From: an uncultured Acidobacteriota bacterium
GTDB taxonomy: Bacteria; Acidobacteriota; UBA6911
DNA length: 64,000 bases
Reading direction: 5' to 3'
Assembly (NCBI GenBank): GCA_963827655.1
Contig: CAWHCF010000002.1
Span: forward strand, 1 to 64,000
The notes under the pieces were generated by a model. The model saw only the letters and a list, made by a program, of their open reading frames with translations, did no database searches and was not told the origin of the DNA. The translations under genes were made by a program, and so were the position numbers. This document shows, piece by piece, positions 19,778 through 30,287 of this stretch. How positions within the stretch are numbered: the first letter of the stretch is position 1; each line of letters begins with the position of its first letter.

Positions 19778-21667
19778 TCAACCGGGAGGCTTTCCAGAGC
19801 TAATTTGCTGAAATACCGCTCGGACCTGCTCGTTACCGGGTTCCTGGTCGAGAGCTTCCCTCAAGACCGAGAGGGCCTCTGCGCTGCGGTTCGTTCGTGA
19901 CAGAAGCAAACTAAGGGCGATGCGTATCTCCGAAGACCGCGGGTCGAACTCCAGAGCGCTTCGGTATTCACTTTCAGCGGCATTCAGTTCATTCCGGATC
20001 ATCAGGATATTGCCGAGATTTTGATGCGCTGAAGCATTGGAAGGGTTGATTTCCAGAGCGCGGCGAAGGAGTTTTTCGGCTTCGTCATACCGGCCCTGCC
20101 GGCCCATCAATCCACCCAGCGTCCGGTAAGCGTCGCCCAGGTGCGGCATCAAGTTTCGAGCTTCCTCCGCATATTTCCACGCGTCCTCCAATTTTCCTTC
20201 AGCCGACGAGACCGAACTCAATCCCAGCAGCGCGTTATAGCGGTCTTGCGCGGAACGGACCACAACCTTTGAATCGGTTTCAAGAACGGCCAGAAACTCA
20301 CGCCGCGCCGCCGGTAGATTCCGCTGCCGGAAATAGTGGATGCCAAGATTCAAATGCATCGGTGAAGCATCCGGAGACACCGCTAACGTTGCCATATAGA
20401 GCGTCTGGTTGTCGCGCCACACTGCCGCTCGCTCGATGGTCAAGAAACCCAGAAGCCCCGCTAACCCCGCCAGAATAAACATCGCGGGTTTCCTGAAGGC
20501 GCCCAGGTAGCGATCCACGAGAGCGGGGACCAGCAGGCACAAGCCCAACGACGGAATGTACAGATACCTCTCCGTGAACACGTTCCGCCCGACGCCGGTC
20601 AAGTTCAACACCGGAATGAGCGTGACGATGATCCATCCGAGGAGGAACAGCAGTTTGCCTTCCTTTCGGATGTATCTCCAGGCGAGCAAGACAGTCAGGA
20701 ATAGAAGTGACAAGGGAAACGCCCAATCCGAAAAAGACAGGCGCGAAAAAGGCTGGAAGACGTAAAAAGCGTTGTGCCCGACGGGAACGATCAGCTTCTG
20801 CAGATAACACCCGACAAAGTAGACCGCGGTCATAACCCTGTCGGCCAACGTTATCGGGATTGGATTCACGGTACGGGAAAAAGCTCCCAGCGCCTGGATT
20901 CGGAGAATCAGGTAGACGCCAACCACGCCAACAAAAGGGAGCAACCATTTCACCCTTGCCTTCCACGATGAACTCGATTCGCCTCTTTCGACCAGTTCAA
21001 GGACCAGCAACGCCAGGGGAAAGGTGAGCGCCGTCTCCTTGAAGAAGAGGGCCGCGAGAAAGCAACATAGCGAGAGTATCAGCCAGAGAGTTCTCTGCTC
21101 ACCGGCTTTACGAAACATCAAATATGCCGCCAGGGAAGCGAACAAGAAAAGCGCACAGCCAACATCCGTAATCCCGGCAATCCAGGCGACACTCTCCGTG
21201 TGCATCGGATGGACCGCAAAGAGAATTCCTCCCCAGACAGCCACCCAGGCGGTCTTAAAAAGAAACCAGCCGATCCAGAAAACCAGGAGCGTAGCGGCAA
21301 CGTGCAGCGCAATGTTAATCCAATGATAGACACCCGGCTGGAGACCTCCCAGCCCGTATCCAATCATGTACGTGAGAGTTTGAAACGGTCGATAGTAGTT
21401 GGTAAGCGAATGATCTCCACTGAATGCCCAGAAGTTCTCGCGGAAAGCCAATCCGAGATTGGAAAAACTGCGAATGCGCTGATTTGTCACTATCTGCACG
21501 TCGTCGTCGTACACGAATTCGAAAGCGGTGGTCTGGACGTAGCAGGCTAGCGCTACCGCGGCGACCAGTGCCAGGTGCCACCACGAAATCCCGGACTCTG
21601 CTGCGGCAGGTGAGGAAGAAGGCGTCTTCCCCCTGGGTTGCCGCAAGGCTGGCTTCTTTTTTTGCAT
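19778..21667 (-). CDS. TMTC-like GT-C membrane protein with C-terminal TPRs (O-mannosyltransferase-like)
   Basis: Motifs FVYDD, YYRP, HPMHTESVAWI, KE and ERYLY; TPR repeats. Confidence 0.85.
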   Translation of the reverse strand: MQKKKPALRQPRGKTPSSSPAAAESGISWWHLALVAAVALACYVQTTAFEFVYDDDVQIVTNQRIRSFSNLGLAFRENFWAFSGDHSLTNYYRPFQTLTYMIGYGLGGLQPGVYHWINIALHVAATLLVFWIGWFLFKTAWVAVWGGILFAVHPMHTESVAWIAGITDVGCALFLFASLAAYLMFRKAGEQRTLWLILSLCCFLAALFFKETALTFPLALLVLELVERGESSSSWKARVKWLLPFVGVVGVYLILRIQALGAFSRTVNPIPITLADRVMTAVYFVGCYLQKLIVPVGHNAFYVFQPFSRLSFSDWAFPLSLLFLTVLLAWRYIRKEGKLLFLLGWIIVTLIPVLNLTGVGRNVFTERYLYIPSLGLCLLVPALVDRYLGAFRKPAMFILAGLAGLLGFLTIERAAVWRDNQTLYMATLAVSPDASPMHLNLGIHYFRQRNLPAARREFLAVLETDSKVVVRSAQDRYNALLGLSSVSSAEGKLEDAWKYAEEARNLMPHLGDAYRTLGGLMGRQGRYDEAEKLLRRALEINPSNASAHQNLGNILMIRNELNAAESEYRSALEFDPRSSEIRIALSLLLSRTNRSAEALSVLREALDQEPGNEQVRAVFQQISSGKPPG

Positions 21668-21806
21668 CCTCGGCAGAGTATCACGAAATTTGCGGCTGCT
21701 GAATCGCCTCCACCGAGACGACTTGACGCCGCCATCCCGCCCCGGTCAAACTGTTTTTGTTTTTCTTCGCGTCTTCGAGTCTTGGTGGTGAAAAGGAGCT
21801 CTCGCG

Positions 21807-22403
21807 TTGAAAGGATTGACTTTTCGACCGCTGACTTCGTTGAATTGGCCCGACCTGGAAAAATTGTTCGGAGAACGAGGAGCGTGCGGCGGCTGCTGGT
21901 GCATGTACTGGCGGCTGACCCAGTCGCAGTTTCGGAAACAAAAGGGCGCGGGAAACAAGCGCGCCCTGCGAAGACTCGTCGCGTCAGGAGAAGCACCCGG
22001 GTTACTTGCCTATGCGGGAGGGGAACCTGTTGGCTGGTGCGCCATCGCGCCCCGAGAGGCCTACATAAGACTGGAAGGCTCACGGATATTGAAACCCGTC
22101 GACAATCAGCCGGTATGGTCCGTGGTTTGTTTCTTTGTCGCCAAACCCTTCCGGCGGCGCGGGGTCACGGTTGCCCTTATACGTGCCGCCACTGAATACG
22201 CCAAGGAAAGAGGTGCCGTCGTCGTCGAAGGCTATCCCATCGACGCCGCGACAGGAACAATACCCGATGTATTCGCCTGGACCGGACTGGCTCCGGCTTT
22301 CCGAAAGGCCGGTTTTGACGAAGTCGTGCGCCGATCTCCGACCCGACCCATCATGCGTTACTCTCACGCACCGCGAAGACGCAAAGGCTCGAAGAAACAC
22401 TAA
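21807..22403 (+). CDS. GNAT acetyltransferase
   Basis: Motifs GCWCMYWR, VGWC, FRRRGV and VEGYP. Confidence 0.88.
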   Translation: MKGLTFRPLTSLNWPDLEKLFGERGACGGCWCMYWRLTQSQFRKQKGAGNKRALRRLVASGEAPGLLAYAGGEPVGWCAIAPREAYIRLEGSRILKPVDNQPVWSVVCFFVAKPFRRRGVTVALIRAATEYAKERGAVVVEGYPIDAATGTIPDVFAWTGLAPAFRKAGFDEVVRRSPTRPIMRYSHAPRRRKGSKKH

Positions 22404-22411
22404 GAATCTTG

Positions 22412-24169
22412 TCATGCGTTCAAATCCAGGGTGCGGACCAGCGGTCCAGGAGTTTCGTCGTAAATGAAATGAGATGCCGCTGACCTGTTTCGACGGCGCC
22501 TGATCATCCACGCTATAACGGTGAAAGCGGCTGCGTAAAAGAAGATGAAACGCGTCGGACGCTGCAGCAGCCTCTGCTCGACTCCTGCCATTCCGTAAGC
22601 GTAGGTCGTAAACATGAACAGGTAGACCCACCAGAGTAATTTCAGATTCGCCTTCCCTGGCAGATAAGAACAGGTAAAGGGGATCTTGTTTAACTTGAAG
22701 AGCAGGCACTCGATCAAGAAGAGCGCCAGCACGAGCCCATAAGACACGTGCAGCAATGCCGTCTGCCAGCCCCACCCGATGAGATAAATCGGCAGCAGCC
22801 CGGCGAACAGAGGGATGACCCCCAGGAACAACATAACCTTATGAACGGCCGCAACGCCTCTCAGTCTTCCCTCACCCTCGGCTAGCTTGAACGCCCAGTT
22901 CGATCCCAGTTCGGCCGGAATGCTAAAGATCATACGCATTCCGACCAGGATGAAGAAGGAAAGCACAAGCGGTATGGACAAGAGGGACGAATCGACCTGG
23001 CGCAGTCCTTCCATTCCCTTGCGACCGATCACGGTGAGCAAGGCCATCACGACGAAGGCCACGCCCACGCCGATGTACGCTCCCAGAAGAATCCGGTGCC
23101 TGTGGCTTCGCATCACGGTCTTGGCGACGAAACAGAAGTAAGCGCGCTCGCGGGTATCTCTGAGAACGAGTTCATGCAGAACCGGTATCACACTCTTCCA
23201 GATACCTGATTCACTCCCGCCTGGTTCCTCGCTTTCCAGGGTCCTCTGCAGATGCCGCTTGTAGCTGAGATAGTAAGTCAGGGCGAAAGCGGTCAGCGCC
23301 GCTCCAAGCGCCCACAGAGCTCTATGGGCAAGGTTTTCCAAACGGATTTCTCCGCTCGGCGCGATCGTCTGGTGAAGTCCCAGGAACCAGGCCGGAGGAA
23401 ACCAGTTCAAGAAAGCTTCGTTCCGGCTCAAGGCGTCGAAAGAAATTCTTGGCATGAGAAAGAAGACCGAGAGAAACAGGACCATCAACAGAAACTGGAT
23501 GGCGCGCGACGCCCGCTTGAATACCCGGAAACCAAAAAAGTTCATGAACAAGCCCTGGCAAGCGACGACTGAGAAAAACACGAAGGAATCCCCGGCGAAA
23601 ACGGTGACGGCATGCGCAACGATGGCGAAACCGGCATTGACCTCCGCGCCCCGCTGCGAGACTAAAGGGAAAAGCAGGGTCGAAAAGAGGTTCACATCGC
23701 AGGAAAAGAGCACCAGGAAGATGCACAACGCCCTGATCTTTCCTGAGAACAGCGTTCGGGCGCGGATCGGCAGCGGAACCAGGATGCTGTAATCGCGACG
23801 GTCGGGGAACAATGAATCCCATTCAAATGCCGTGACGAACCCGATCACGACCATCGAGAAGTACGAAAAGAACAACCGGTCATCCAGCACGGCGCCATGA
23901 TGCAAAGCCGCCGGCCCGCGCGCGAGAGCCGCGTACTTGGTAATGACGTTGAAGGATGTCAGCAGTCCCGGCACTGCCAGGAGCGCGAGAATGTGAATCA
24001 GAGGGACTCGCGCGTCCGCCAGCGGCGGCACGAGCTCGTTATCGAAGAACCGGCTCAAAAAATGCCGCACCAGAAGATCAACTTGCTGCTTTTCGCCGGG
24101 AGTCGATCGCAACCCTGAACGCACGCTTGTCCTGTGGCTGATCTCTTGGCGGCAGGTTCCGCCGTCCAT
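22412..24169 (-). CDS. Multi-TM membrane protein, probable ABC exporter permease
   Basis: About 12 or more TM helices; LFPDRRD and PPAWFLG motifs; follows an ABC ATPase gene. Confidence 0.75.
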   Translation of the reverse strand: MDGGTCRQEISHRTSVRSGLRSTPGEKQQVDLLVRHFLSRFFDNELVPPLADARVPLIHILALLAVPGLLTSFNVITKYAALARGPAALHHGAVLDDRLFFSYFSMVVIGFVTAFEWDSLFPDRRDYSILVPLPIRARTLFSGKIRALCIFLVLFSCDVNLFSTLLFPLVSQRGAEVNAGFAIVAHAVTVFAGDSFVFFSVVACQGLFMNFFGFRVFKRASRAIQFLLMVLFLSVFFLMPRISFDALSRNEAFLNWFPPAWFLGLHQTIAPSGEIRLENLAHRALWALGAALTAFALTYYLSYKRHLQRTLESEEPGGSESGIWKSVIPVLHELVLRDTRERAYFCFVAKTVMRSHRHRILLGAYIGVGVAFVVMALLTVIGRKGMEGLRQVDSSLLSIPLVLSFFILVGMRMIFSIPAELGSNWAFKLAEGEGRLRGVAAVHKVMLFLGVIPLFAGLLPIYLIGWGWQTALLHVSYGLVLALFLIECLLFKLNKIPFTCSYLPGKANLKLLWWVYLFMFTTYAYGMAGVEQRLLQRPTRFIFFYAAAFTVIAWMIRRRRNRSAASHFIYDETPGPLVRTLDLNA

Positions 24170-24190
24170 CCCTAACCAGAAGACCGCAGA

Positions 24191-24964
24191 CTAGAGACTT
24201 CCGGTCCTCATAACCTCGATGATATCTCTGGCGATCTTCTGTGTGTCCTCGGCAATGACCAGATCGGCAAAGATGTCCTCCAGGGTCGGTGACTTCATCA
24301 GCTCTCGCAAGTGCTCGACGGAATCGTTCGCGACGATGCGCCCCTTGTGAAGAATGACCACACGGGAACAGATTTTCTCGACCACCTCAAGCACGTGCGA
24401 GCTGAAAAGAATGACCCTCCCGTCGCGAGCCAGCGACTGGATCAAGTTTCGCACGATCAATGAAGCCGTGACATCGAGCCCGGAGAGAGGCTCGTCCAGC
24501 ACCAGGATATCGGGATTGTGAAGCAATGCAGCGGCGAGCAGAACCTTCTGCTTCATTCCCTTCGAATACGATGAGATGCGCGAGTGACGGTGAGGCCGGA
24601 GTGACAGAAGCTGCAGAAGATCATCGATCTTCTTGTTGAGTAGCTTCTCCGGAAGAGCCCGGAGGCGACCGATCAGTTGAAGGTACTCACGCCCGGTAAG
24701 AAACGGATAAAGGAGCGGCTCCTCCGGAACATAGCCCAGTCGACTCTTGTAGTCGAGGAGGTGGTCGTGAACGTTCCGTCCGTTGTATAAGACTTCTCCG
24801 TCGGAGGGCTCGAGCAGTCCCACCAGGATCTTGACGGTCGTGCTCTTGCCCGCTCCGTTCGGGCCCAGGTACCCCAGGATCTCACCCGGTCTCACGGAGA
24901 AACTGACATCATGAAGAACGGGCCTTCTGGAATAGCGCTTGGTCAGCCCCCTGATCTCGAGCAC
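24191..24964 (-). CDS. ABC transporter ATP-binding protein
   Basis: Motifs GPNGAGKST, YSKGM and LDEP. Confidence 0.95.
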   Translation of the reverse strand: MLEIRGLTKRYSRRPVLHDVSFSVRPGEILGYLGPNGAGKSTTVKILVGLLEPSDGEVLYNGRNVHDHLLDYKSRLGYVPEEPLLYPFLTGREYLQLIGRLRALPEKLLNKKIDDLLQLLSLRPHRHSRISSYSKGMKQKVLLAAALLHNPDILVLDEPLSGLDVTASLIVRNLIQSLARDGRVILFSSHVLEVVEKICSRVVILHKGRIVANDSVEHLRELMKSPTLEDIFADLVIAEDTQKIARDIIEVMRTGSL

Positions 24965-25112
24965 GACTGGATCCTTTTTCTCTGTCGACTGGATTCAGAC
25001 ATCAAAGTTATCCAATTTGTTCCGAGATTTCGCTTCGGTTCAATCTTTGCTGTAAGGGAGAAACGAGCGCGGTCCGCGAGGAGTTCTTGGGTTCGCGTCT
25101 TCGTGGTTGAGG

Positions 25113-26159
25113 TTACTGACGACGGGCTGTGGTCTCCAGGTTATGCCTCCAGCGCAGTCCGGCGGGCGCACCGGGACGCAGATTGTTCAACAGCGAGCCG
25201 AAGGCAATAGAGCTCTTCATGACGTGATTGACGGTCACCGGCCCCACCAGCTTTTTCTTCCCTATCCAGTGCAGGCTGGTGCTGATGGCGCAGCCGCATT
25301 TCGCGCAATCGGGGTTGCCCCCGAAGAAGCATGGCTCGATTCGCGTCCTGAGATCTGCGGAATAGTTCACCGACATTTTAGAAAACATGCACTCCTCGGG
25401 ATTGAGAGGGGGAGTGTCCAATGCCTCTTCCATCCCTTTCATCAGGACCAGGGCCGGATACTTGCGCTTCAATTCCGGCAGGCGCCGGATTAACTCCCGC
25501 CGATCCTCGGGCGTCAGTGTTTCTTCGCTTACCTCGCCCACCTGCGGAGTGTACGTACTGAACCAGATGCGATCGATCTCAGGACGAGCGGTCCAGAACG
25601 AGAGGTATGCATCCATGTAGCCCGAGCCACGCATCTGCTGGCGCGTCACGACCCAGCTGATGTCGACACGACATCCCTCGATGTTCTTCAGAATCCGGTC
25701 GTAAGTCGCCGGGGCGCGCCTGCTGTCATGATCTTCGCGCAAGCCGTCTACCGAGATGGCCACGCGAACCATGGGAATCTCCATCCATTGCTTCGGGATC
25801 CTGATCACCCCACTTGTGACGACCAGGGCGTATACCCCCATGCGGCTGAGCTCGGGCAGAATGCGGCTCAGCTCGCGGTGGCGCACCAGGGGCTCACCTC
25901 CTACAATCGAGACCTGAAGTGGATGGTGGCGTTGAACTAAATCAACCACGCCTCGGACCAGATCGTCACCCCGCAAATCCCTCAACTCTCGGAGAGTTAC
26001 CGTGCCGCCCAGATGGTCATCACCGTAGGCGTAGCATCCTGGACAGTTCAGCGGGCACTCGCGTGTAATCTCGATTGATAACAACGGGGCATGACCTGCC
26101 AGAATTCTGCCCCACACCTTCAAGACTCGTCCTGCGTTCATGGCTGCGGCCTTACCCAT
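25113..26159 (-). CDS. Radical SAM protein (paralog B)
   Basis: CPLNCPGC and GGEP motifs; C-terminal C…CFFGGNPDCAKCGC. Confidence 0.9.
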   Translation of the reverse strand: MGKAAAMNAGRVLKVWGRILAGHAPLLSIEITRECPLNCPGCYAYGDDHLGGTVTLRELRDLRGDDLVRGVVDLVQRHHPLQVSIVGGEPLVRHRELSRILPELSRMGVYALVVTSGVIRIPKQWMEIPMVRVAISVDGLREDHDSRRAPATYDRILKNIEGCRVDISWVVTRQQMRGSGYMDAYLSFWTARPEIDRIWFSTYTPQVGEVSEETLTPEDRRELIRRLPELKRKYPALVLMKGMEEALDTPPLNPEECMFSKMSVNYSADLRTRIEPCFFGGNPDCAKCGCAISTSLHWIGKKKLVGPVTVNHVMKSSIAFGSLLNNLRPGAPAGLRWRHNLETTARRQ

Positions 26160-26250
26160 TCCCTTCTTTGATTATTAGACGAGACCCTCTGGTACAAATG
26201 TTCGTTTCTTTGCGTCTTGCCGTATTCGTTAAGGAGCTTTCGCGAAGATC

Positions 26251-27237
26251 TCATGTAGGAAGTGAACTCTTGCGCCAAGAATTTACCCACTGTCCAACGC
26301 CACAGGAGATTTCATAGAGGGTCCCCACTTTAATCCCGAGCGGCAGCCGACGGCGTGCTATCGCTGCCAGACCTGCGGACGCGACGCAGCCGCACTGCGA
26401 GCAATCCGGATCTCCGCCGAATTGGCATGGCGTGATGGGCTGACGCAGGTCGGCCGTCAGGGAACGTGTGGTCCTGGCAAAGAGGCACTCGTCAGGATCC
26501 TTGGGCGGGGTGCGAAGAACATCGAGAAGAGCGTCAGGCATTTGAAGCTTCGGGAAATCGCGAGTCAGAACCGATATTTCATCAATAATCGCTCGTCTTG
26601 CCGCAGGGGGGACTATCTCGCTGCTGGTCTCGCCCTTTTGGGGCGTGTAGATGCTCATCCAGATCTTACGGATTTCTTCCCTGGGGGTCCAGAATTCCAG
26701 AAACTCGCGCAAATAACCGGGGCGTTCGGTCATCTGGCGCGTGATCGTGCAGTGTATGGTGACACGGTGGCCGGCGATATGCTTGAGGATGCGATCATAC
26801 GTAGCCGGCTTGCGCCTGATATCGTGCTCCGGCTGCAAGCCGTCGATTGAGACCGCCAGGTGCATCGCGCGGATTTTACGCCATTCCGGAGGAATGGGCC
26901 GAACGGCACTGGTAACCACCTGGATATAGATTCCGCGAGCTTCCAGCTGCGGCAGCAAGACCGTGAGCTCCTTGAAGCGCACGAGAGGTTCTCCGCCTAC
27001 GAGTGAAAGCTGCACCGGGCGATACTCGTCGACCAGGCGCAAGATGCCCTGTACCAGGGCCTCACCTTGGTAATCGCTGACTTCTCTCAATAGGAGCGAA
27101 CTACCCAGGTGATCGGCATTGTAGGCGTAGCAGCCCGGACAGGCGAGTGGGCACTCGCGCGTGATTTCTATGGAAAGAAATGGAAGTCTGCCGCTGAGTA
27201 TTCGTCCCCAACCCAGCAGAATTTCATGCGCTTGCAC
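26251..27237 (-). CDS. Radical SAM protein (paralog A)
   Basis: CPLACPGC and GGEP motifs; C-terminal C…CQFGGDPDCSQCGC. Confidence 0.9.
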   Translation of the reverse strand: MQAHEILLGWGRILSGRLPFLSIEITRECPLACPGCYAYNADHLGSSLLLREVSDYQGEALVQGILRLVDEYRPVQLSLVGGEPLVRFKELTVLLPQLEARGIYIQVVTSAVRPIPPEWRKIRAMHLAVSIDGLQPEHDIRRKPATYDRILKHIAGHRVTIHCTITRQMTERPGYLREFLEFWTPREEIRKIWMSIYTPQKGETSSEIVPPAARRAIIDEISVLTRDFPKLQMPDALLDVLRTPPKDPDECLFARTTRSLTADLRQPITPCQFGGDPDCSQCGCVASAGLAAIARRRLPLGIKVGTLYEISCGVGQWVNSWRKSSLPT

Positions 27238-27352
27238 TGGACTGTCCTTTCTTTGCTGAGGCGCAGACCAATCTACTCTCGGGGGATCACCCTGCTATGA
27301 CGCAAAGGCTCCAAGAACGATACCACGGCCACAAATGTTTGTCTGAGAAATA

Positions 27353-27766
27353 CTATTTCTTGAAGAGGTCGAGAAAGGCTTGCCGATGGCTGTTTTCCGG
27401 CTTGGACTGGACGGCCCCGCTCCCCTGTTTCTCGACCAGCACCTTGGGCTCGAAAAGAGAACAGATATTGTTGGCGCTCTTGTTCGTAACGCGCACCACG
27501 ACCGGCTTGGTGCACTCATTCCGCGCCGAAGGGTCAAAGTTCAAGCAGTTACGACAGGTATGGAGATCAGTGCCGCAATTCTTGCACTTGTCCGTTGCCT
27601 CAATTTTGCCGTCTACCTGGATTTCCGCCGCGCAATTATTACAGCGGGTGATCAGATGAAAACGCGTCTCCACACGTCCCGAAGCGCCACGGGGCCGCGG
27701 CGGCGGTTTGGGTTTTCTCTGACGCTCCTGATCCAGGTAGCCGCGCTGGCGATATTTTCTACTCAT
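27353..27766 (-). CDS. Cys-rich zinc-ribbon hypothetical protein
   Basis: Three CxxC motifs (CNNC, CKNC, CRNC) plus two further Cys; GAGG RBS. Confidence 0.75.
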   Translation of the reverse strand: MSRKYRQRGYLDQERQRKPKPPPRPRGASGRVETRFHLITRCNNCAAEIQVDGKIEATDKCKNCGTDLHTCRNCLNFDPSARNECTKPVVVRVTNKSANNICSLFEPKVLVEKQGSGAVQSKPENSHRQAFLDLFKK

Positions 27767-27935
27767 GGACTTTCCTCAAAGCGTGCTGTTTCGAAGGAAC
27801 AAGCTGGATGGATTCCCGACCATATAACGCAATCTGATGCTGAAAGTCTAGCCCAAGTTCATCGCATGAACACAATTCTCGTCGCGATTACTCGGGTGAC
27901 CGCAAAGGGGGCAAGTCACGAGAGATCTCAATACA

Positions 27936-28664
27936 TCAACGCGCGACGACCCGCCGCTCGATGATCTCGAGAAACTGCTTCTCCAGGCGTGTGTATGCCT
28001 GCTTCAGTCCGTCCAAGGTGAAATCGGACGTCTTGCAGTAGTCGATCACTCCCCGTTCGGCGGCATCAACCTCGGCCGCAGCTTCCGCGACCAGGGAAGC
28101 AATCTGGCCGGGAATGACAGCGATCCCATGCCGGTCGCCATGCAACAGATCGCCAGGAGCGATCACCTCGCCTCCGACCCGAACCGGCAATCCAAAATCG
28201 ACCAGGTGCACATAGGCGTGGGATACGGAAGGGCTGGCTGCGAAGGTAAAAAAACCAAGCGCTTCCATCTCGTCCAGATCGCGGGCGCTCCCGTTCGTCA
28301 CCGTTCCTATGAAACCGAGCGCGTGATGAATGTTCGAATTAACCTCACCCCAGAAAGAGCCCCGGCAGGGCGGCGTGTCGACATCCTGAATGACGGCAAT
28401 TCTGGGACCAGGGACTCCGGCGGTCGCCGCCCAGTATTCAAACCGGTGAATGGAGCGAAATCCCTTGGCGGGAAGATCGGCCGAGATTACCGCCGTAGAT
28501 GCATAGCCGACCATCACGCCGAGACGCGGGAATAAACAACGCACCTCGGGGCTCAAGAATCCCGTGTTTCGAGGACGGATTTCAAACATCTCGATCGCGT
28601 TGGCTATCGTGGGTGTGTTTATTTTTCGCAACGCGTCGAGTTGCTGCGTGCTCAGTGGCGTCAT
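27936..28664 (-). CDS. RraA/HMG-aldolase family protein
   Basis: Motifs TPTIANAIE, WGEV, ARD and PGDLLHGDRHG. Confidence 0.88.
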   Translation of the reverse strand: MTPLSTQQLDALRKINTPTIANAIEMFEIRPRNTGFLSPEVRCLFPRLGVMVGYASTAVISADLPAKGFRSIHRFEYWAATAGVPGPRIAVIQDVDTPPCRGSFWGEVNSNIHHALGFIGTVTNGSARDLDEMEALGFFTFAASPSVSHAYVHLVDFGLPVRVGGEVIAPGDLLHGDRHGIAVIPGQIASLVAEAAAEVDAAERGVIDYCKTSDFTLDGLKQAYTRLEKQFLEIIERRVVAR

Positions 28665-29052
28665 AGCTCAGTCTCCGAGACTCAGAGTTTCCAGACAATA
28701 GTCCAAGCGCAGAAACCAAAGAGGGAGTGAATACTCTATCGGCTATGCTCTTTGTCTTCAGTTTCGGGCCACGAAGAAACTGTGTTCGGCAACTCAATCC
28801 CGAAACTGGCGGAGGAAGAGGAAAGCGAATCTTAACAGAATGCCGGAGACATAGCAAAAAATCGTTCGCTGTTCTTCGTGTTTCTTTATGTCTTCGCGTC
28901 TGAAAGGTATCGCTTGGCAAAGACGCGAACCGGCCCCGGCACCGCGCATGGTATCATAAGCGCCCTTGCCTTATCATCATGGAGACCGGCGTACAATCCC
29001 ATTGGGATGTGCCCCGCAATAAGCCTGCTTGGTCGATTCGAAAGAAGCGAGG

Positions 29053-30201
29053 GTGAAAGTCGCGGTCATTTTCGGCACGCGACCCGAAGCCATCAAGCTG
29101 GCGCCGCTGATCAAACGACTACAAGCCAGTCCAGCGCGGTTCAAGCCCATAACCATCGTGACGGCCCAGCATCGGCAGATGCTCGATCAGGTCCTGACGC
29201 TATTCTCTATCCGCCCGGATCACGATCTCGACATCATCCGGCCCCGACAAAGCCTGGCGCAAATCACCGCGCGCGCGATTACGGGACTGGATTCCGTTCT
29301 GCGAGCTGCGAAGCCCGATTTCGTGGTGGTTCAGGGGGACACATCAACTACTTTTGCCGGGGCCCTGGCGGCTTTCTACCACAGGATTCCGGTAGCCCAC
29401 GTAGAAGCAGGGTTGAGAACCAGGCGGAAGTTCTACCCTTACCCCGAGGAAATCAACCGTCATCTCACTTCCATCCTCGCCGATGCGCATTTCGCCCCGA
29501 CCACCGACTCCCGGGATAACCTCCTGTCCGAAGGCGTTTCTCGCGACAAAATCTGGGTCACTGGAAATACCGTGATTGACGCGCTGCATGAGGTGCTCGC
29601 GTGGAAGCGACGGTGCAATCATCGCCTCCTGGCGCGAGTCAAACGAGAACGACGGAGGTTAATCCTGGTTACTTCTCACCGTCGCGAGAACCAGGGAAAG
29701 CCTCAGGAACAGATCTGCGCAGCTCTCTCGGAGTTGCTGGCGCGATTTCCGGACGTGCTCATAGCGTTTCCCGTGCACCTCAGTCCTTCCGTTCGAGATA
29801 CGATCCTGCCACGACTGAAGGATCAAGACCGAATTGAGCTGCTCGAGCCTATCGATTACTTCGAAACCGTGCATTTCATGAAGGCGGCTTACCTCATTCT
29901 CACCGACTCGGGTGGAATTCAGGAAGAGGCGCCGGCCTTGGGCAAACCCGTCCTGGTTCTGCGCGACATTTCGGAGCGACCCGAAGGGATAAGAGCCGGA
30001 ACCGTGCGGCTGGTGGGGACCAATACCGGCGAGATTGTCCAAGCCGCTTCTGAACTGCTCTTGAACCCCGAGGCTTACCGCAAGATGGCCGAGGCGGTAA
30101 ATCCGTATGGGGACGGAAAGGCGTGCGCCCGAATCATCGAAGTACTCGAATTCCTAGCCGGACGGGGACAACGACCTGCCCCCTTCACCCCAAGCCCCTA
30201 G
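29053..30201 (+). CDS. wecB: UDP-N-acetylglucosamine 2-epimerase
   Basis: Motifs GTRPEAIK, QGDT, HVEAGLR and TDSGGIQEEA. Confidence 0.96.
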   Translation: MKVAVIFGTRPEAIKLAPLIKRLQASPARFKPITIVTAQHRQMLDQVLTLFSIRPDHDLDIIRPRQSLAQITARAITGLDSVLRAAKPDFVVVQGDTSTTFAGALAAFYHRIPVAHVEAGLRTRRKFYPYPEEINRHLTSILADAHFAPTTDSRDNLLSEGVSRDKIWVTGNTVIDALHEVLAWKRRCNHRLLARVKRERRRLILVTSHRRENQGKPQEQICAALSELLARFPDVLIAFPVHLSPSVRDTILPRLKDQDRIELLEPIDYFETVHFMKAAYLILTDSGGIQEEAPALGKPVLVLRDISERPEGIRAGTVRLVGTNTGEIVQAASELLLNPEAYRKMAEAVNPYGDGKACARIIEVLEFLAGRGQRPAPFTPSP

Positions 30202-30287
30202 CAGCCAGCGCCGCGTCGCGGGATCTTTTGGTTGACTTGGGTGCCCGCCGTGGCCTATATGACTGGCTCGCCGAAAAGGAAACTGAG

